From an uncultured Candidatus Saccharibacteria bacterium (GTDB lineage: Bacteria; Patescibacteriota; Minisyncoccia; Ryanbacterales; 2-02-FULL-48-12), in assembly GCA_964479945.1 (NCBI GenBank), contig CAYZNS010000006.1, forward strand, positions 1,107-65,106: a stretch of DNA of 64,000 nt, given 5' to 3'. Every line of letters starts with the position of its first letter. Within the stretch, counting starts at the first letter, position 1. A program made the position numbers and the translations under genes. Of this stretch, positions 1-10,265 are shown one piece after another. The notes under the pieces were generated by a model, which was not told the origin of the DNA, did no database searches, and saw only the letters and a list, made by a program, of their open reading frames with translations.

Positions 1-51
1 CAGGAGCGTTTTTCAACCAAGGAGCAAAAGTTATAGCACGTTCCTTTAGGG

Positions 52-264
52 GTGCCCAGGCGGTCAGGAGGCTACCCTTCTGAGAGCGATGTAATTAACG
101 ATAGTCTCGATCTTTTGGAAGAACGCGACCGGTACTTGCGTGAGAAAGTCAGAGAGGCCCTTGCATCGGGCGGCTCGATACCGGCCAAGGACGTGCGGAA
201 CTCCGTGCCCAGAACAACGAGCAGCGCCGGAAAGGCGTATGACTCAGGTATCCTACTCCAATAA
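52..264 (+). pseudogene. ParD-like antitoxin, probably degenerate or incomplete
   Basis: SGGYPSESDVINDSLDLLEE resembles the ParD motif SGxYxSxSEVxxxALRLLEE; overlaps a ParE-like gene; N-terminus unclear at window edge. Confidence 0.55.
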
Positions 265-466
265 AGCACGAGACGACCTTCGTGAAATTCGTGCCTTTAT
301 TGCTGCCAACAGTGTAGACATAGCAGACAAGTTTATAGATCGCATTGAAGAAAAATGCCACCTTTTGGCGGCCACTCCGAAAATCGGACGGGCACGGTTT
401 GATATTGCAGACGGGCTCCGTGTTTTTCCACCATCAGGACATGTGATCCACGACCGGTCACAATAA
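239..466 (+). CDS. ParE/RelE-family toxin, C-terminally truncated (75 aa)
   Basis: MTQVSYSNKARDDLREIRAFIAANSVDIADKFIDRIEEKCHLLAATPKIGRAR is typical ParE; ends before the usual final strands. Confidence 0.75.
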   Translation: MTQVSYSNKARDDLREIRAFIAANSVDIADKFIDRIEEKCHLLAATPKIGRARFDIADGLRVFPPSGHVIHDRSQ

Positions 467-591
467 GGGAGATTGCTACTATTACAAGATCAATAAAGGA
501 TTGGAGGATTTCAGCTCGTTTGAGTCCATATTCTTCGATGCTCTGTATCGAAGTTGTTGATTCTGTGAGTACTTTTGCGTATATTTGAGGG

Positions 592-3500
592 ATGAAAAAG
601 AAGGAAGATATGATCATCGAGTTGCGATCTTTTTTTGAACCGCATATTTTCTCTCGAGGAAGAGTATATTTTCGAACTGGAGCGGTCGGAAAAATAAAAA
701 TAACGCCACAGTCGGCAGGGCCGGTGCATGTTCAGGCCAGCGTTCGTGGAAGTCGTACATATCGAACAGACATCTTGTTTTCGCCAGAGGACGGTACATT
801 TATGACCTTTGACTGCTCCTGTCCGTACGACGATTACTGCAAGCATGCCGCCGCGCTCGGGCTTATGTTCATTGAACACTATGCTGATCCGGGCGAAGCG
901 GGGCGAGGAGTCAATGCTCCAATTCTAGAGGATACTATTGCTTCAATACTGCGCGGCGATGCGGCGGCAGCCTCCGATATCGATCGGATCATAGAGCAAT
1001 TACAGCAGGTCAAGAAGCGGACGCAGACGGCCGCTTTTTCCCGTGACACACTACATGGTAGCCGATCGATCACATCCGTGCCAATCCAAAAGGATGCAGC
1101 ATCGGCGTTAGGAGAATACTATTTGGTGATTTCGCGATGGGACGGAAACGTATCCCTTCACCACCGCAGTAACCCATACCAAATGGCAAGCGTCGCCAAA
1201 CTTCTGAAACGTAGTGATCTTGAGGCCAAGGCGCGCGAAATGCTTGAGCTTACAAAAAGTGCGCAGAGCAAGAGCCCGCATGGGGTTGATCTTGGGCGGC
1301 TCTGTATTCTTGCACAAGAGGTTGGTATAAAAATGTATAGCGAAAACGAATACCGGTGGGGTGTGAAAGTGAAACCGCTTGTGGTTGAACCCGCTCCAAA
1401 GAAAATCTCCGCAACTTTGCGATTTGAAGAGTATCATTCCGAATCTGCGGGCCGCGTGCGTCCGCGATTTACGTTTACTTTTTATCCAAAAGATATCAAC
1501 GAAGATACATATAGTTTTATTGCAAGCACCAACCATCTTATACGGATAGGCAAGGATACGATCGCCTTATATTCGATGTCGGGGCGACTCGCCCGCTGTA
1601 TTGCGGATATGCTGCGACATCATAGGTATACTAATACTTTTGCACTCGCTGATCGGGATACAATACACATCAACGACATTATGACTGCCGCCAAGGAGGC
1701 GCTCGATCTCACGTGTGTATTGAAGGATTACGCCATCGAGCGCTATACAAATCCTAAAAAAGTATTGGTAGTTGATCTTAAAAACGACGAGGAGGTGCTT
1801 GCCATATATGCCTGCGTTGACTATTGGTTTACGCAGATCGATGTAACTGAAAGTGTTATGATAAGCAATAGCGGCGGGGGCAAGACGTTCAAGCGGCGAA
1901 ACAACCCCTATGGCGATGCGGACACGCATATAATCGAGTTTGATGGACAGACTATCCGTGCCGCGCCTATCGACGAAAAGATGGAAGAGACACTTGTTGC
2001 AGACTTGTATGACAAAGGGGTACTGCCGAATATGAAGCCGCGCGCAACCATAAAGAAGTTTTCTAATATTTTTTATTTTTACAACACCTACTGGCAGAAA
2101 TTGGAGAAGTATTGTTGCACCATTGGCTGTGAGATACGTTTTCCGCACGATCGGTTCGCCTTTAGCGAGGGTAACTTCCGCGCTGATTTTTCCGTCGATA
2201 TACATGAGAAGAACGACTGGCTCGCATTCGATGCAACTTGCTATTTAGGAGAAGATAAAGTAACACTCGACGATATCCGACGCTTACTTTCCGAAGAGAA
2301 AGAGTTCTTCCGGCATGCTGACGGTCGGATACTTCGTATTACTAATCGCGAGGAGCTTGCGCGGTTTGTCGCGATGCTCCGTCGTTTTGCCGAGCGCGAA
2401 GGGCGCTTTGAAGGCAGACTTTACAATGCGCCTGAGTTGCAATACATCGTTACCAGCTCGCCATATTACAATGCCCAACAGTCCGAAGGCTTTGATGCTT
2501 TTTGTAAGGCTATGAAACAAGGCAAACCGGTGAAGCGCGTCGCGCTTACTGCTTCTCATCGCAGGATTTTGCGGCCGTACCAGAGAGCGGGTGTCGAATG
2601 GCTCTACTTCTTGCGCTCGTATCATTTTGCCGGTATTCTAGCGGACGATATGGGACTTGGCAAAACCGTGCAAACGCTCATACTCCTTGAGCGCGAGCGT
2701 GTAGAAAAAACACCTTCGCTCGTCATCTGCCCAAAATCGCTTCTCTATAACTGGCAGGCGGAGGCTGCCCGCTTTACTCCCGCGCTCAATGTTGCCGTGG
2801 TAGACGGAACGCCGACCGAGCGCGCAGAGATTATCAAGAACGCCAAGCGGTACGACGTGCTTGTTACCGGCTACGCTACGTATAAAATCGACGCGCCCGC
2901 GTACAAAAAGTGGAACATAAAGTTTAATTATTGCGTGCTTGACGAAGCGCAATTCATTAAAAATCATGCCACCAAAAACGCGCAGATTATAAAAGAAGTG
3001 GATGCGCAGTGGCGCTTGGCGCTCACCGGCACGCCGCTTGAAAACAACGTGTCGGAGATCTGGTCGATGTTTGACTTTCTAATGCCCGGCTTCCTCGGCA
3101 CGCACAAAGAATTTTCCGAGCATTTTCATACACCTATAATGAAGCGTGGCGATACGGAAGCGCTGACGCACCTCCGCAAAAAAGTGGAATGCTTCATGTT
3201 GCGCCGCATAAAAGAAGAGGTGCTTGCAGAATTGCCGCCAAAGGTTGTGCAAGATAGTCGTTGTCATTTAAGCGCCGCGCAAAACCTGCTGTATCAAGAA
3301 GTGCTCGCGCGGGTCAAACAAGAAATCTGGGAGACAGTGGCCTCAAAGGGCTTTGATCGATCAGGTATCCACATACTCGCGGGTCTCACCAAATTGCGAC
3401 AGGTGTGCAACCATCCTAACCTTCTCCTCAAGGAACGCGACCACACCGCACACCCGTCCGCAAAGCTTGATATGTTCCATGAACTGATTGAAGAAGTGTC

Positions 3501-3963
3501 CGAAAACAAGCGTAAAGTGTTGGTATTCAGCCAGTTTACCGCCATGCTTGATATATTGGCGCTCGAGCTTAAAGCTAAAAATATCTCGTATTCGTATCTC
3601 TCCGGCAAGACCCGCAACCGGCAAAAGATGGTCGATACGTTCAACAATGATCCGGCTATTCCGGTCTTTCTCATAAGTCTCAAAGCAGGCGGAACAGGAC
3701 TCAATCTCACCACCGCCGACATGGTCATCATCTTTGATCCGTGGTGGAACCCGAGCGTGGAAAATCAGGCGATTGACCGCGCGCATCGGATCGGACAGAA
3801 ACGTTCGGTTAACGTGCACAAACTCATCACGAGCGGCACCATCGAAGAGAAGATTATTGCCTTGCAAAACAAAAAGAAAAACCTCTTTGATTCCGTTGTC
3901 GGTGAGAGTAAAGACATCTTTAAGAAACTCACATGGGATGACATTCAAGATCTGTTTCGATAG
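592..3963 (+). CDS. SWIM zinc finger / SNF2-family helicase
   Basis: CSCPYDDYCKH SWIM motif; LADDMGLGKT, DEAQ, LTGTPLEN, GLNLT, DPWWNP, QAIDRAHRIGQ motifs. Confidence 0.95.
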   Translation: MKKKEDMIIELRSFFEPHIFSRGRVYFRTGAVGKIKITPQSAGPVHVQASVRGSRTYRTDILFSPEDGTFMTFDCSCPYDDYCKHAAALGLMFIEHYADPGEAGRGVNAPILEDTIASILRGDAAAASDIDRIIEQLQQVKKRTQTAAFSRDTLHGSRSITSVPIQKDAASALGEYYLVISRWDGNVSLHHRSNPYQMASVAKLLKRSDLEAKAREMLELTKSAQSKSPHGVDLGRLCILAQEVGIKMYSENEYRWGVKVKPLVVEPAPKKISATLRFEEYHSESAGRVRPRFTFTFYPKDINEDTYSFIASTNHLIRIGKDTIALYSMSGRLARCIADMLRHHRYTNTFALADRDTIHINDIMTAAKEALDLTCVLKDYAIERYTNPKKVLVVDLKNDEEVLAIYACVDYWFTQIDVTESVMISNSGGGKTFKRRNNPYGDADTHIIEFDGQTIRAAPIDEKMEETLVADLYDKGVLPNMKPRATIKKFSNIFYFYNTYWQKLEKYCCTIGCEIRFPHDRFAFSEGNFRADFSVDIHEKNDWLAFDATCYLGEDKVTLDDIRRLLSEEKEFFRHADGRILRITNREELARFVAMLRRFAEREGRFEGRLYNAPELQYIVTSSPYYNAQQSEGFDAFCKAMKQGKPVKRVALTASHRRILRPYQRAGVEWLYFLRSYHFAGILADDMGLGKTVQTLILLERERVEKTPSLVICPKSLLYNWQAEAARFTPALNVAVVDGTPTERAEIIKNAKRYDVLVTGYATYKIDAPAYKKWNIKFNYCVLDEAQFIKNHATKNAQIIKEVDAQWRLALTGTPLENNVSEIWSMFDFLMPGFLGTHKEFSEHFHTPIMKRGDTEALTHLRKKVECFMLRRIKEEVLAELPPKVVQDSRCHLSAAQNLLYQEVLARVKQEIWETVASKGFDRSGIHILAGLTKLRQVCNHPNLLLKERDHTAHPSAKLDMFHELIEEVSENKRKVLVFSQFTAMLDILALELKAKNISYSYLSGKTRNRQKMVDTFNNDPAIPVFLISLKAGGTGLNLTTADMVIIFDPWWNPSVENQAIDRAHRIGQKRSVNVHKLITSGTIEEKIIALQNKKKNLFDSVVGESKDIFKKLTWDDIQDLFR

Positions 3964-4051
3964 GATTCAGGATTCAGTGTCAGTTGGATTCAGGATTCAG
4001 AGGATTCAGGATTCAGTGTCAGGATTCAGATTCAGTGTCAGGTACCTTTTT
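3963..4051 (+). repeat. Stuttered GGATTCA(GTGTCAG) tract ending in TTCAGTGTCAGGTACCTTTTT
   Basis: Reiterated prefixes of ggattcagtgtcaggtacc, visible directly. Confidence 0.85.
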
Positions 4052-4443
4052 CAAAAGGCGTTTGAAAGCACCTGTGTACTTTGTGTGAGTAATTAGTACT
4101 TTGGAAAATTTTCTTTGAAAAATTGGGTGCCATCGTGGAGGATGTTAGAACTGTGTTTGAGCGGAAAAATGATGCGACTGTTTATATTCCCGACTTTTCA
4201 TATTTGGTTGAACACGCGTAATCTACCCCACCCTTGAATTCACTATATAATTAAAGAAAAAGCCCGGTATTATTGGCCGAGCCGAGTGCGCTATGAGTAA
4301 CTACCTTCTATCGTCCACTCCCTTAAATCAACTACCACCGCAGAAGCCTGTCGGAGACTGCTATAGCAACTGACAAAAGTAACTTTACATAATACCTGTT
4401 CTATTGGACAATTGATGTATATTATCCATAATATACACTCATT

Positions 4444-4965
4444 ATGAATACGGTACATCAATTGTCCAAAATCAACAGATCTCTTGAAAGAGTAAAGGAT
4501 GCCGAGACTCGGGAACGCCTCATGCTATTGAAACGCTACTATCAATCAAGGTCATTACGGGATACCGCTCAAGAATATCGATGTAGTCATGGCAAAGTCA
4601 AATACTGGAAAGATCGGTATGAAACAGAAGGAGTACGGGGACTCTTGACACAGGAGAAATCAGGCAGACCGCCAGACGTAGACCACCGTACACTGGAAAC
4701 TATCAGACAAGCCGTGAAGCAAAAATGCAGAAAAGAACAATGGGTGGTTGAACAAGTGCGCGAGTTCATTAAGAAAAAAAGCGGTAAACAATATACCTTG
4801 CGGCACACCATACGCATAATCCAGAGTTGGGGATTTTCCATGATTACGCCACGCCCGCAGTATGCACATGCTGCATCAAAGGCACAGCAAAGGGCTTTTT
4901 TAAAAGAAGAACACTGAACAATGGCGGAAATGGTTGAAAAACGGTTGGCATATTGTCACACATGT
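4444..4965 (+). mobile_element. IS630-family transposase remnant (HTH part only, no DDE domain)
   Basis: ORF 4444-4917 has HTH, GLLTQEKSGRPP and winged HTH ending TPRPQY...AFLK; an alternative frame continues KKNTEQWRKWLKNGWHIVTH and then similarity ends. Confidence 0.8.
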
Positions 4966-5026
4966 CTTTAGGTATAGCACTCATTGTGCTTTGGCGACCC
5001 GACAAAAAAAGACTGGCACATGCCAG

Positions 5027-5185
5027 TCATTTATCCTCAATCGGTTCTACCCAATATATTTGCTTGTGGGCATGCTTTTCAAGCTCCTCTTTTTTCTCTT
5101 CCGCCTCTGCCCTTGTATCATATTTCTTTTCTATATAATATTTTACCCCGTTGTCGTCCTGCCGGACGATCTGATAGCGTGTCAT
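5027..5185 (-). CDS. Small SPOR-like protein (52 aa)
   Basis: MTRYQIVRQDDNG...EAE...HKQIYWV; directly follows the hydrolase gene. Confidence 0.6.
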   Translation of the reverse strand: MTRYQIVRQDDNGVKYYIEKKYDTRAEAEEKKEELEKHAHKQIYWVEPIEDK

Positions 5186-5192
5186 GGCATCC

Positions 5193-5810
5193 TCATTCAA
5201 TTGCGAGCGCCGCTTCAATATCATGCGCTATGCGTATGCGGCGCGGCGCGGCGGCAGAAGGGACCTCTTTGAGAATATTTTCTAACCAATATTCTTCCCG
5301 CCGCTCCGTCAACCTTGTATAACAGCACTGCCCAAGCAACGTTACCGCAAAACCGTTTCGTAACCCGCCAACTGCTGTCCAATACACGCAACACTCCGTA
5401 TGAAATCCTGCCAGACATATCTCGCGGACGTTGCGCTCTTGAAGGTAGTGCAAGAAAGCTTTGTTTGTAAATGCGTCGGTTGTCTTCTTGCAAAATACAG
5501 GCTCGGCGGCATGATTATGCTCCAAAAACGGAGCGAGAGAATACTCCCCATCGCAAAATACGCACGAATCAAATGCCCGAAACATGATTTCTTTCTGATA
5601 TTGATCCAGCGGATAGCCATACGGACACACAATAAATACAATTGGCATTTGTAAGCTAGATGCGCGCGCAATAGAAAGCGCTTTGGCTATATTGCCAGCC
5701 ACTACGATAGTGTCATCCGTAAACCCAAGTTTTATTTTTTCCTTGTCTATGCAATCCCAACACTCATCACTCCCTTGATGAATATCAACTATTACCAATG
5801 CCTTTGTCAT
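5193..5810 (-). CDS. Isochorismatase-family cysteine hydrolase
   Basis: ALVIVDIH, KKTTDAF, LAGFHTECCVYWTA; SD ggagg. Confidence 0.85.
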   Translation of the reverse strand: MTKALVIVDIHQGSDECWDCIDKEKIKLGFTDDTIVVAGNIAKALSIARASSLQMPIVFIVCPYGYPLDQYQKEIMFRAFDSCVFCDGEYSLAPFLEHNHAAEPVFCKKTTDAFTNKAFLHYLQERNVREICLAGFHTECCVYWTAVGGLRNGFAVTLLGQCCYTRLTERREEYWLENILKEVPSAAAPRRIRIAHDIEAALAIE

Positions 5811-5878
5811 AAGCGCCTCCGTAAAATATCAAAATAGCGTTCATGGTAAAGTCAAGCACGGAAAGATACGCGCGTCAA

Positions 5879-6532
5879 TCACCGTTTCCTCTTTCCAAAC
5901 ACAAGCGCCACCAGCATGCCGAAGGTAAAGCCGCCGATGTGCGCCCACCAGGCCACACCGCCTGTAGATCCGCTTGCCACGCCCAGACTTGCGGTTCCGT
6001 TGAGCAGCTGGGTCAGAAACCATAAAAACAAAACAAGCCGCGCGGGCAAATTCATAAACGTAAAGAATACAAAAATCGGCACCAACGTAGTTACCGAATG
6101 CCCCGGGAACGCGACAAAGTAATAGCCAAGTACTGCCGCCACAGCGCCGCTCGCTCCAAGTATCGGTATGGCCGCGCCCTGCAAGAACGCGAATTGGATG
6201 AGAGCCGCCACTACGCCTCCCGCCAAATAAAAGAGAAGATAACGAATCTTCCCCAACGCCGCCTCCACATTGTCTCCGAAGACCGCAAGAAACCACATAT
6301 TGGAGATAATATGCAAAAAGCCGGCGTGCAGAAACAGAGAAATGACGAACGGGTAGAGCGATGCGGCGCCTGCCGCGCTTACGCGGGCGGGTATAAGCGC
6401 CCATTGATATATAAACTGCTCGGTATCCGGCGCTATAAGCTCAAGCCAGAATACATAGGCCGTGATACCAATGAGAAGCCATGTTGCCACCGGCACTATG
6501 CCGGCCCGCTGATGATCGCGAATGGGAAACAT
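5879..6532 (-). CDS. Rhomboid intramembrane serine protease
   Basis: MFPIRD start; FLHAGFLHIISNMWFL, GASGA, AWWAHIGG. Confidence 0.95.
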   Translation of the reverse strand: MFPIRDHQRAGIVPVATWLLIGITAYVFWLELIAPDTEQFIYQWALIPARVSAAGAASLYPFVISLFLHAGFLHIISNMWFLAVFGDNVEAALGKIRYLLFYLAGGVVAALIQFAFLQGAAIPILGASGAVAAVLGYYFVAFPGHSVTTLVPIFVFFTFMNLPARLVLFLWFLTQLLNGTASLGVASGSTGGVAWWAHIGGFTFGMLVALVFGKRKR

Positions 6533-6627
6533 ACGTAAACAGTAAGTACTAAGATGTGCCTTTATAATAACACTGACGCAAATAAGCGGCTCAACAATTA
6601 TTCTGGCTGAGCCGCTTATGCACGATG

Positions 6628-6713
6628 TGCACCCACTAGGAGTTGAACCTAGAACCGTCTCATTAAGAGGGAGCTGCTCTGCCTCCACCGGCTGGCGGAT
6701 GAGCTATGGGTGC
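6628..6713 (-). tRNA. tRNA-Lys(CTT) with a 16-nt palindrome in the D-loop
   Basis: Acceptor GCACCCA/TGGGTGC, T arm CTAGG-TTCAACT-CCTAG, loop CTCTTAA; anticodon stem has mismatches. Confidence 0.8.
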
Positions 6714-6714
6714 T

Positions 6715-6767
6715 TAGAAAGTGTTTACAAACTCTTCAAAAGCGAAGGTTTTGTAAACACTTTCTTA
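6715..6767. mobile_element. Miniature inverted-repeat element, short copy (TAGAAAGTGTTTACAAA...TTTGTAAACACTTTCTTA)
   Basis: Same terminal inverted repeats as 39968-40148. Confidence 0.8.
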
Positions 6768-6833
6768 AAGCTAATTTGGAAAAGTCAGTAGGAAAAGGTG
6801 GGTAAATATTATATACATTATCTACTCTATTCG

Positions 6834-9800
6834 CTACGCGGCAGTAGGTTCCGATGCCGGCTCGCCGCCTGCGATGCCCATCAGCTTGCGAAACGTGTTT
6901 TGCTCCATGGTTTCGTGTTTGATAAGATACTCGGCAATTTCCATAAGTTTTTCCTTGCGATCGCGCACAATTCCTTTCGCTTTCTCAAGCGCCTCTTTCA
7001 TAAAACGCGCAACTTCTGTATCCACTAAGGAAGCAATTTCTTCGGAATATTTTTTCTCGTGTCCGATTTCACGCCCCAAAAACACCAAATCGCTTTGATC
7101 GTCCCATGCGACCGGACCTACTTTTTCCGACATGCCATACCGCGTTACCAAACCGCGCGCCAAACCTGTTGCTTTGCGAATGTCGTCCGAAGAGCCGGTT
7201 GTAATCTCTCCGAATACCACCTCCTCGGCGGCGTATCCGCCCAAAGAAACTGCCAATTCATCAAGGAAAAAATCGCGCGTGTACAGGTGTCGGTCTTCCG
7301 TGGGCAATTTCATGGTATATCCGCCAGCTCTACCGCGCGATACGATAGAAATTTTGTGCACCGGATCGGCGTTCGGAAGCGATGCCGCTACCAGCGCGTG
7401 CCCCGCTTCGTGAAATGCCGTAATTTTCTTTTCCTTCTCGGAAAATACTTTGCTTTTGCGCTCGGGTCCCAGCATTACTTTCTCAATAGAGACCACAAGA
7501 TCTTCCTGACTTACCGTTTTGCGGTCGTGGCGCGCCGCCAGAATGGCCGCTTCGTTCACCAGGTTCGCCAAGTCGGCGCCGGAGAACCCCGGCGTGCGCT
7601 CGGCAATCTGCCGCAAGGTTACGTCTTTGCTCATCGTCTTTTTAGCGGCATGCACCTGTAAAATTTCATCGCGCTCGGCGATATCCGGCAAATTCAATAC
7701 CACTCTGCGATCAAACCTTCCGGGGCGCAACAACGCGGGGTCCAGTACATCCGGCCGGTTTGTTGCCGCCATTATAATAACTTTGTCCGATGTTTCAAAA
7801 CCGTCCATCTCGGTTAATATCTGATTTAAGGTCTGCTCGCGCTCGTCATGTCCGCCACCCAAGCCCGCGCCGCGATGCCGCCCTACGGCGTCAATTTCAT
7901 CCACGAAAATAATCGCGGGAGCCGCTTTCTTTGCCATCTTAAATAAATCCCGTACGCGGCTGTTATGAAGCAACATCGGCTTTTCTCCGCCAAAAAACGC
8001 TTCATTTTCGCAACCAACCAGATCATACACATAATCGTTATATGGTTTTTTTGTAACTTTTTGAACGATAGGCCGCTTAAACTGATTGGGGCTTCGATAT
8101 GATAATCCGCTCCAGAAATCGCTTGTTTTTCCTACAATAATATTCCATGCCTCACCTGCCGGTAATGGTTTTTTGCCCATGCTGATTATCCTTCCCGGTT
8201 TTAAAGCCATTCTCCGCACGCCGACTTGAATGCCGTGCATGTTCAAAAGCCATGTGAGCTCGCGAATCAAGCCATGGCTAACGGATGTCATGCTTAGCTT
8301 GCCATCTTTCGTAACATACCCATCGCCGTCAGAATATCCTTTTACAAATTCACACACATACTCCCACGGAAGCTCCCATATCCACTGCGGCAGATGTTTT
8401 TGGTGACTGCCCGTCCCGCATTGCGTTTCAAAAAAACGGGCAAGCGGCTCTGCATGTACCGTGATGCGCGTGCTATTTGTAGTTGTCTCTTCCACATGTA
8501 CCGGAAGATTAAAAATCTGCTTTACCAACGAAATACAGTCGTTAATCAATGCTTTTTCATGCGAACCGAAAACAAACTGTGTATAATACGCCGTTGTGCG
8601 TCCTTCTGCCATATAATAACCCAAGATACGCATCAAATCTTTGGTAACGGCAACTTGCGCCGGAAGACCCTGCGTGATACTGCGGGACGAATACACGCGT
8701 GGCTTATGCGTGCCGTCTATCCATTTGCCAACGATTGCCTGGCTCATACCCACATGCGTGCCGATTTCTTTCTGTGTCATGGTTTCGGCATGCGCCAACG
8801 CATACGCATATTTTTCATTCGCTTGCCGGTACTGTTCCTCCCAGATCGGCAATAACGGGATCTGTTCAACATCAAACTCGTGCGCTTTTACTTTGTGTGT
8901 TGTACCAAAGCCAGGCACAAACGAAGAGCGTACTTTATAGGGAAGATTTACCAATACGTCGCCTTCCTCAAGCTCATCAGCGCGTTTTGCGCGCACGTAA
9001 TTTTTTTCCCGAACAAAAATACTATGATCCCCCGTTGTGCGAACAACGCCGCCGCGGAAATAAATCTCATATATGGAATCAACTTTATGGCGGTACACGC
9101 CTGAAAACGGTGCAAATCGGGAACCGCCCATATTAAATTTATCTTCGTTATTTTTAAAACCCCAAAAGCCAGTTCCCGCGCGTCTGGCGCTTAACGTTTC
9201 TAATCCGGAAACCTTTTTTACCATGCCGCCCTCGCCTTCCTTATAAAACTTATCCGCAACTTCCCGAATGGATAGAAGCTGCACTTTGCTGTCTTCCCGA
9301 ATAAGCACCGGCGTATCACCTGTTACAGAAGCCCCCACGCCTACAAACATTTCCACGAACTCGGAGGCCGACATATGAAAAAACGGCACGCCCGCTTCAA
9401 ACGCGACCGCTTTTGCCAGCAATGTCTTCCCCGTACCCGGCGCGCCCATCAACAGCACGCCGCGCGGAATGCGCGCTCCAATATCCAAAAACTTTTGCGG
9501 ATTTTTCAAAAAGTCCACAATTTCCAAAAGCTCTTCTTTGGCTTCTTCCGCGCCTGCCACATCCTTAAATGTTACTTTCTCGCGCGGGTCGTCCGGATTG
9601 ATAACGCGCGCGCGGGATTGCCCGAACATGAGCGCCTGCCCGTTAGAGCGCTGCACCTGGCGCATGGTAAGCCATATAAAAAGGCCGATTAAAATTATAG
9701 GCAAGAGAAACGGCAGTAGCGCCGAAAGCCAGAACGCAAGGCCGGACTGTTCTTTTACTTCAATGGTTATATCGGCAAGCATCTCGGGTGTAACCCCGTA

Positions 9801-10088
9801 ATTGCTTAATGTGTCGGACAAGGCGGCGTCCGGCTCTTTCTGCGATGTCTGCACCGTACCGTTTTTGAGCACGATTTCCAATTTATTGTTTGCCGCGGAA
9901 ATACGCAGTATCTCGCCCACGCGGATTTCTTCCACCAACCGGGAAAGCGAAACTGCTTCCGGCTTGTCCCGTTCGGCAAAAGAAGCATACAGCGCCGTGA
10001 GCACCAAGAAAATTAAAATGGCATAGAGAATATTTTTACCGAATTGCCCCATGGGGTTTTTCGGCATTTTTGGTTTTTTTAGGTTCAT
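6834..10088 (-). CDS. ftsH: ATP-dependent zinc metalloprotease FtsH, intein-containing
   Basis: Two TM helices, [38 protein letters not shown]. Confidence 0.97.
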   Translation of the reverse strand: MNLKKPKMPKNPMGQFGKNILYAILIFLVLTALYASFAERDKPEAVSLSRLVEEIRVGEILRISAANNKLEIVLKNGTVQTSQKEPDAALSDTLSNYGVTPEMLADITIEVKEQSGLAFWLSALLPFLLPIILIGLFIWLTMRQVQRSNGQALMFGQSRARVINPDDPREKVTFKDVAGAEEAKEELLEIVDFLKNPQKFLDIGARIPRGVLLMGAPGTGKTLLAKAVAFEAGVPFFHMSASEFVEMFVGVGASVTGDTPVLIREDSKVQLLSIREVADKFYKEGEGGMVKKVSGLETLSARRAGTGFWGFKNNEDKFNMGGSRFAPFSGVYRHKVDSIYEIYFRGGVVRTTGDHSIFVREKNYVRAKRADELEEGDVLVNLPYKVRSSFVPGFGTTHKVKAHEFDVEQIPLLPIWEEQYRQANEKYAYALAHAETMTQKEIGTHVGMSQAIVGKWIDGTHKPRVYSSRSITQGLPAQVAVTKDLMRILGYYMAEGRTTAYYTQFVFGSHEKALINDCISLVKQIFNLPVHVEETTTNSTRITVHAEPLARFFETQCGTGSHQKHLPQWIWELPWEYVCEFVKGYSDGDGYVTKDGKLSMTSVSHGLIRELTWLLNMHGIQVGVRRMALKPGRIISMGKKPLPAGEAWNIIVGKTSDFWSGLSYRSPNQFKRPIVQKVTKKPYNDYVYDLVGCENEAFFGGEKPMLLHNSRVRDLFKMAKKAAPAIIFVDEIDAVGRHRGAGLGGGHDEREQTLNQILTEMDGFETSDKVIIMAATNRPDVLDPALLRPGRFDRRVVLNLPDIAERDEILQVHAAKKTMSKDVTLRQIAERTPGFSGADLANLVNEAAILAARHDRKTVSQEDLVVSIEKVMLGPERKSKVFSEKEKKITAFHEAGHALVAASLPNADPVHKISIVSRGRAGGYTMKLPTEDRHLYTRDFFLDELAVSLGGYAAEEVVFGEITTGSSDDIRKATGLARGLVTRYGMSEKVGPVAWDDQSDLVFLGREIGHEKKYSEEIASLVDTEVARFMKEALEKAKGIVRDRKEKLMEIAEYLIKHETMEQNTFRKLMGIAGGEPASEPTAA
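7962..9329 (-). mobile_element. Intein (456 aa) with LAGLIDADG homing endonuclease and HTH
   Basis: Starts SVTGDTPV, block [18 protein letters not shown] and [10 protein letters not shown], block F YVYDL, ends LLHN before Ser+1; removal restores FVGVGASRVRDLF. Confidence 0.95.
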
Positions 10089-10204
10089 CCCGTTAGAAGC
10101 AGATTGCGATCTCCATAAAAATCTGCGTTAAAAAATTGGTAATACTTCTTTATTTTAAATAAAAATTCACTTCCCGCAAAGCAATCGCAACTTATAACGG
10201 GGTG
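10086..10204. repeat. Inverted-repeat element CCCGTTAGAAG...CTTATAACGGG overlapping the ftsH start codon
   Basis: Arms atcccgttagaagcagattgc and gcaatcgcaacttataacggggt. Confidence 0.6.
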
Positions 10205-10265
10205 CATAAAAGGTATGATGACATGAATTTCATAAAAAAACAAGCCCCATGACCGACATGCGCTT

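Noticed and set aside
6533-6688. N-terminal extensions of rhomboid and rluA in the ORF track
   Set aside because: The extensions run through tRNA genes; the likely starts are 6532 and 56327.
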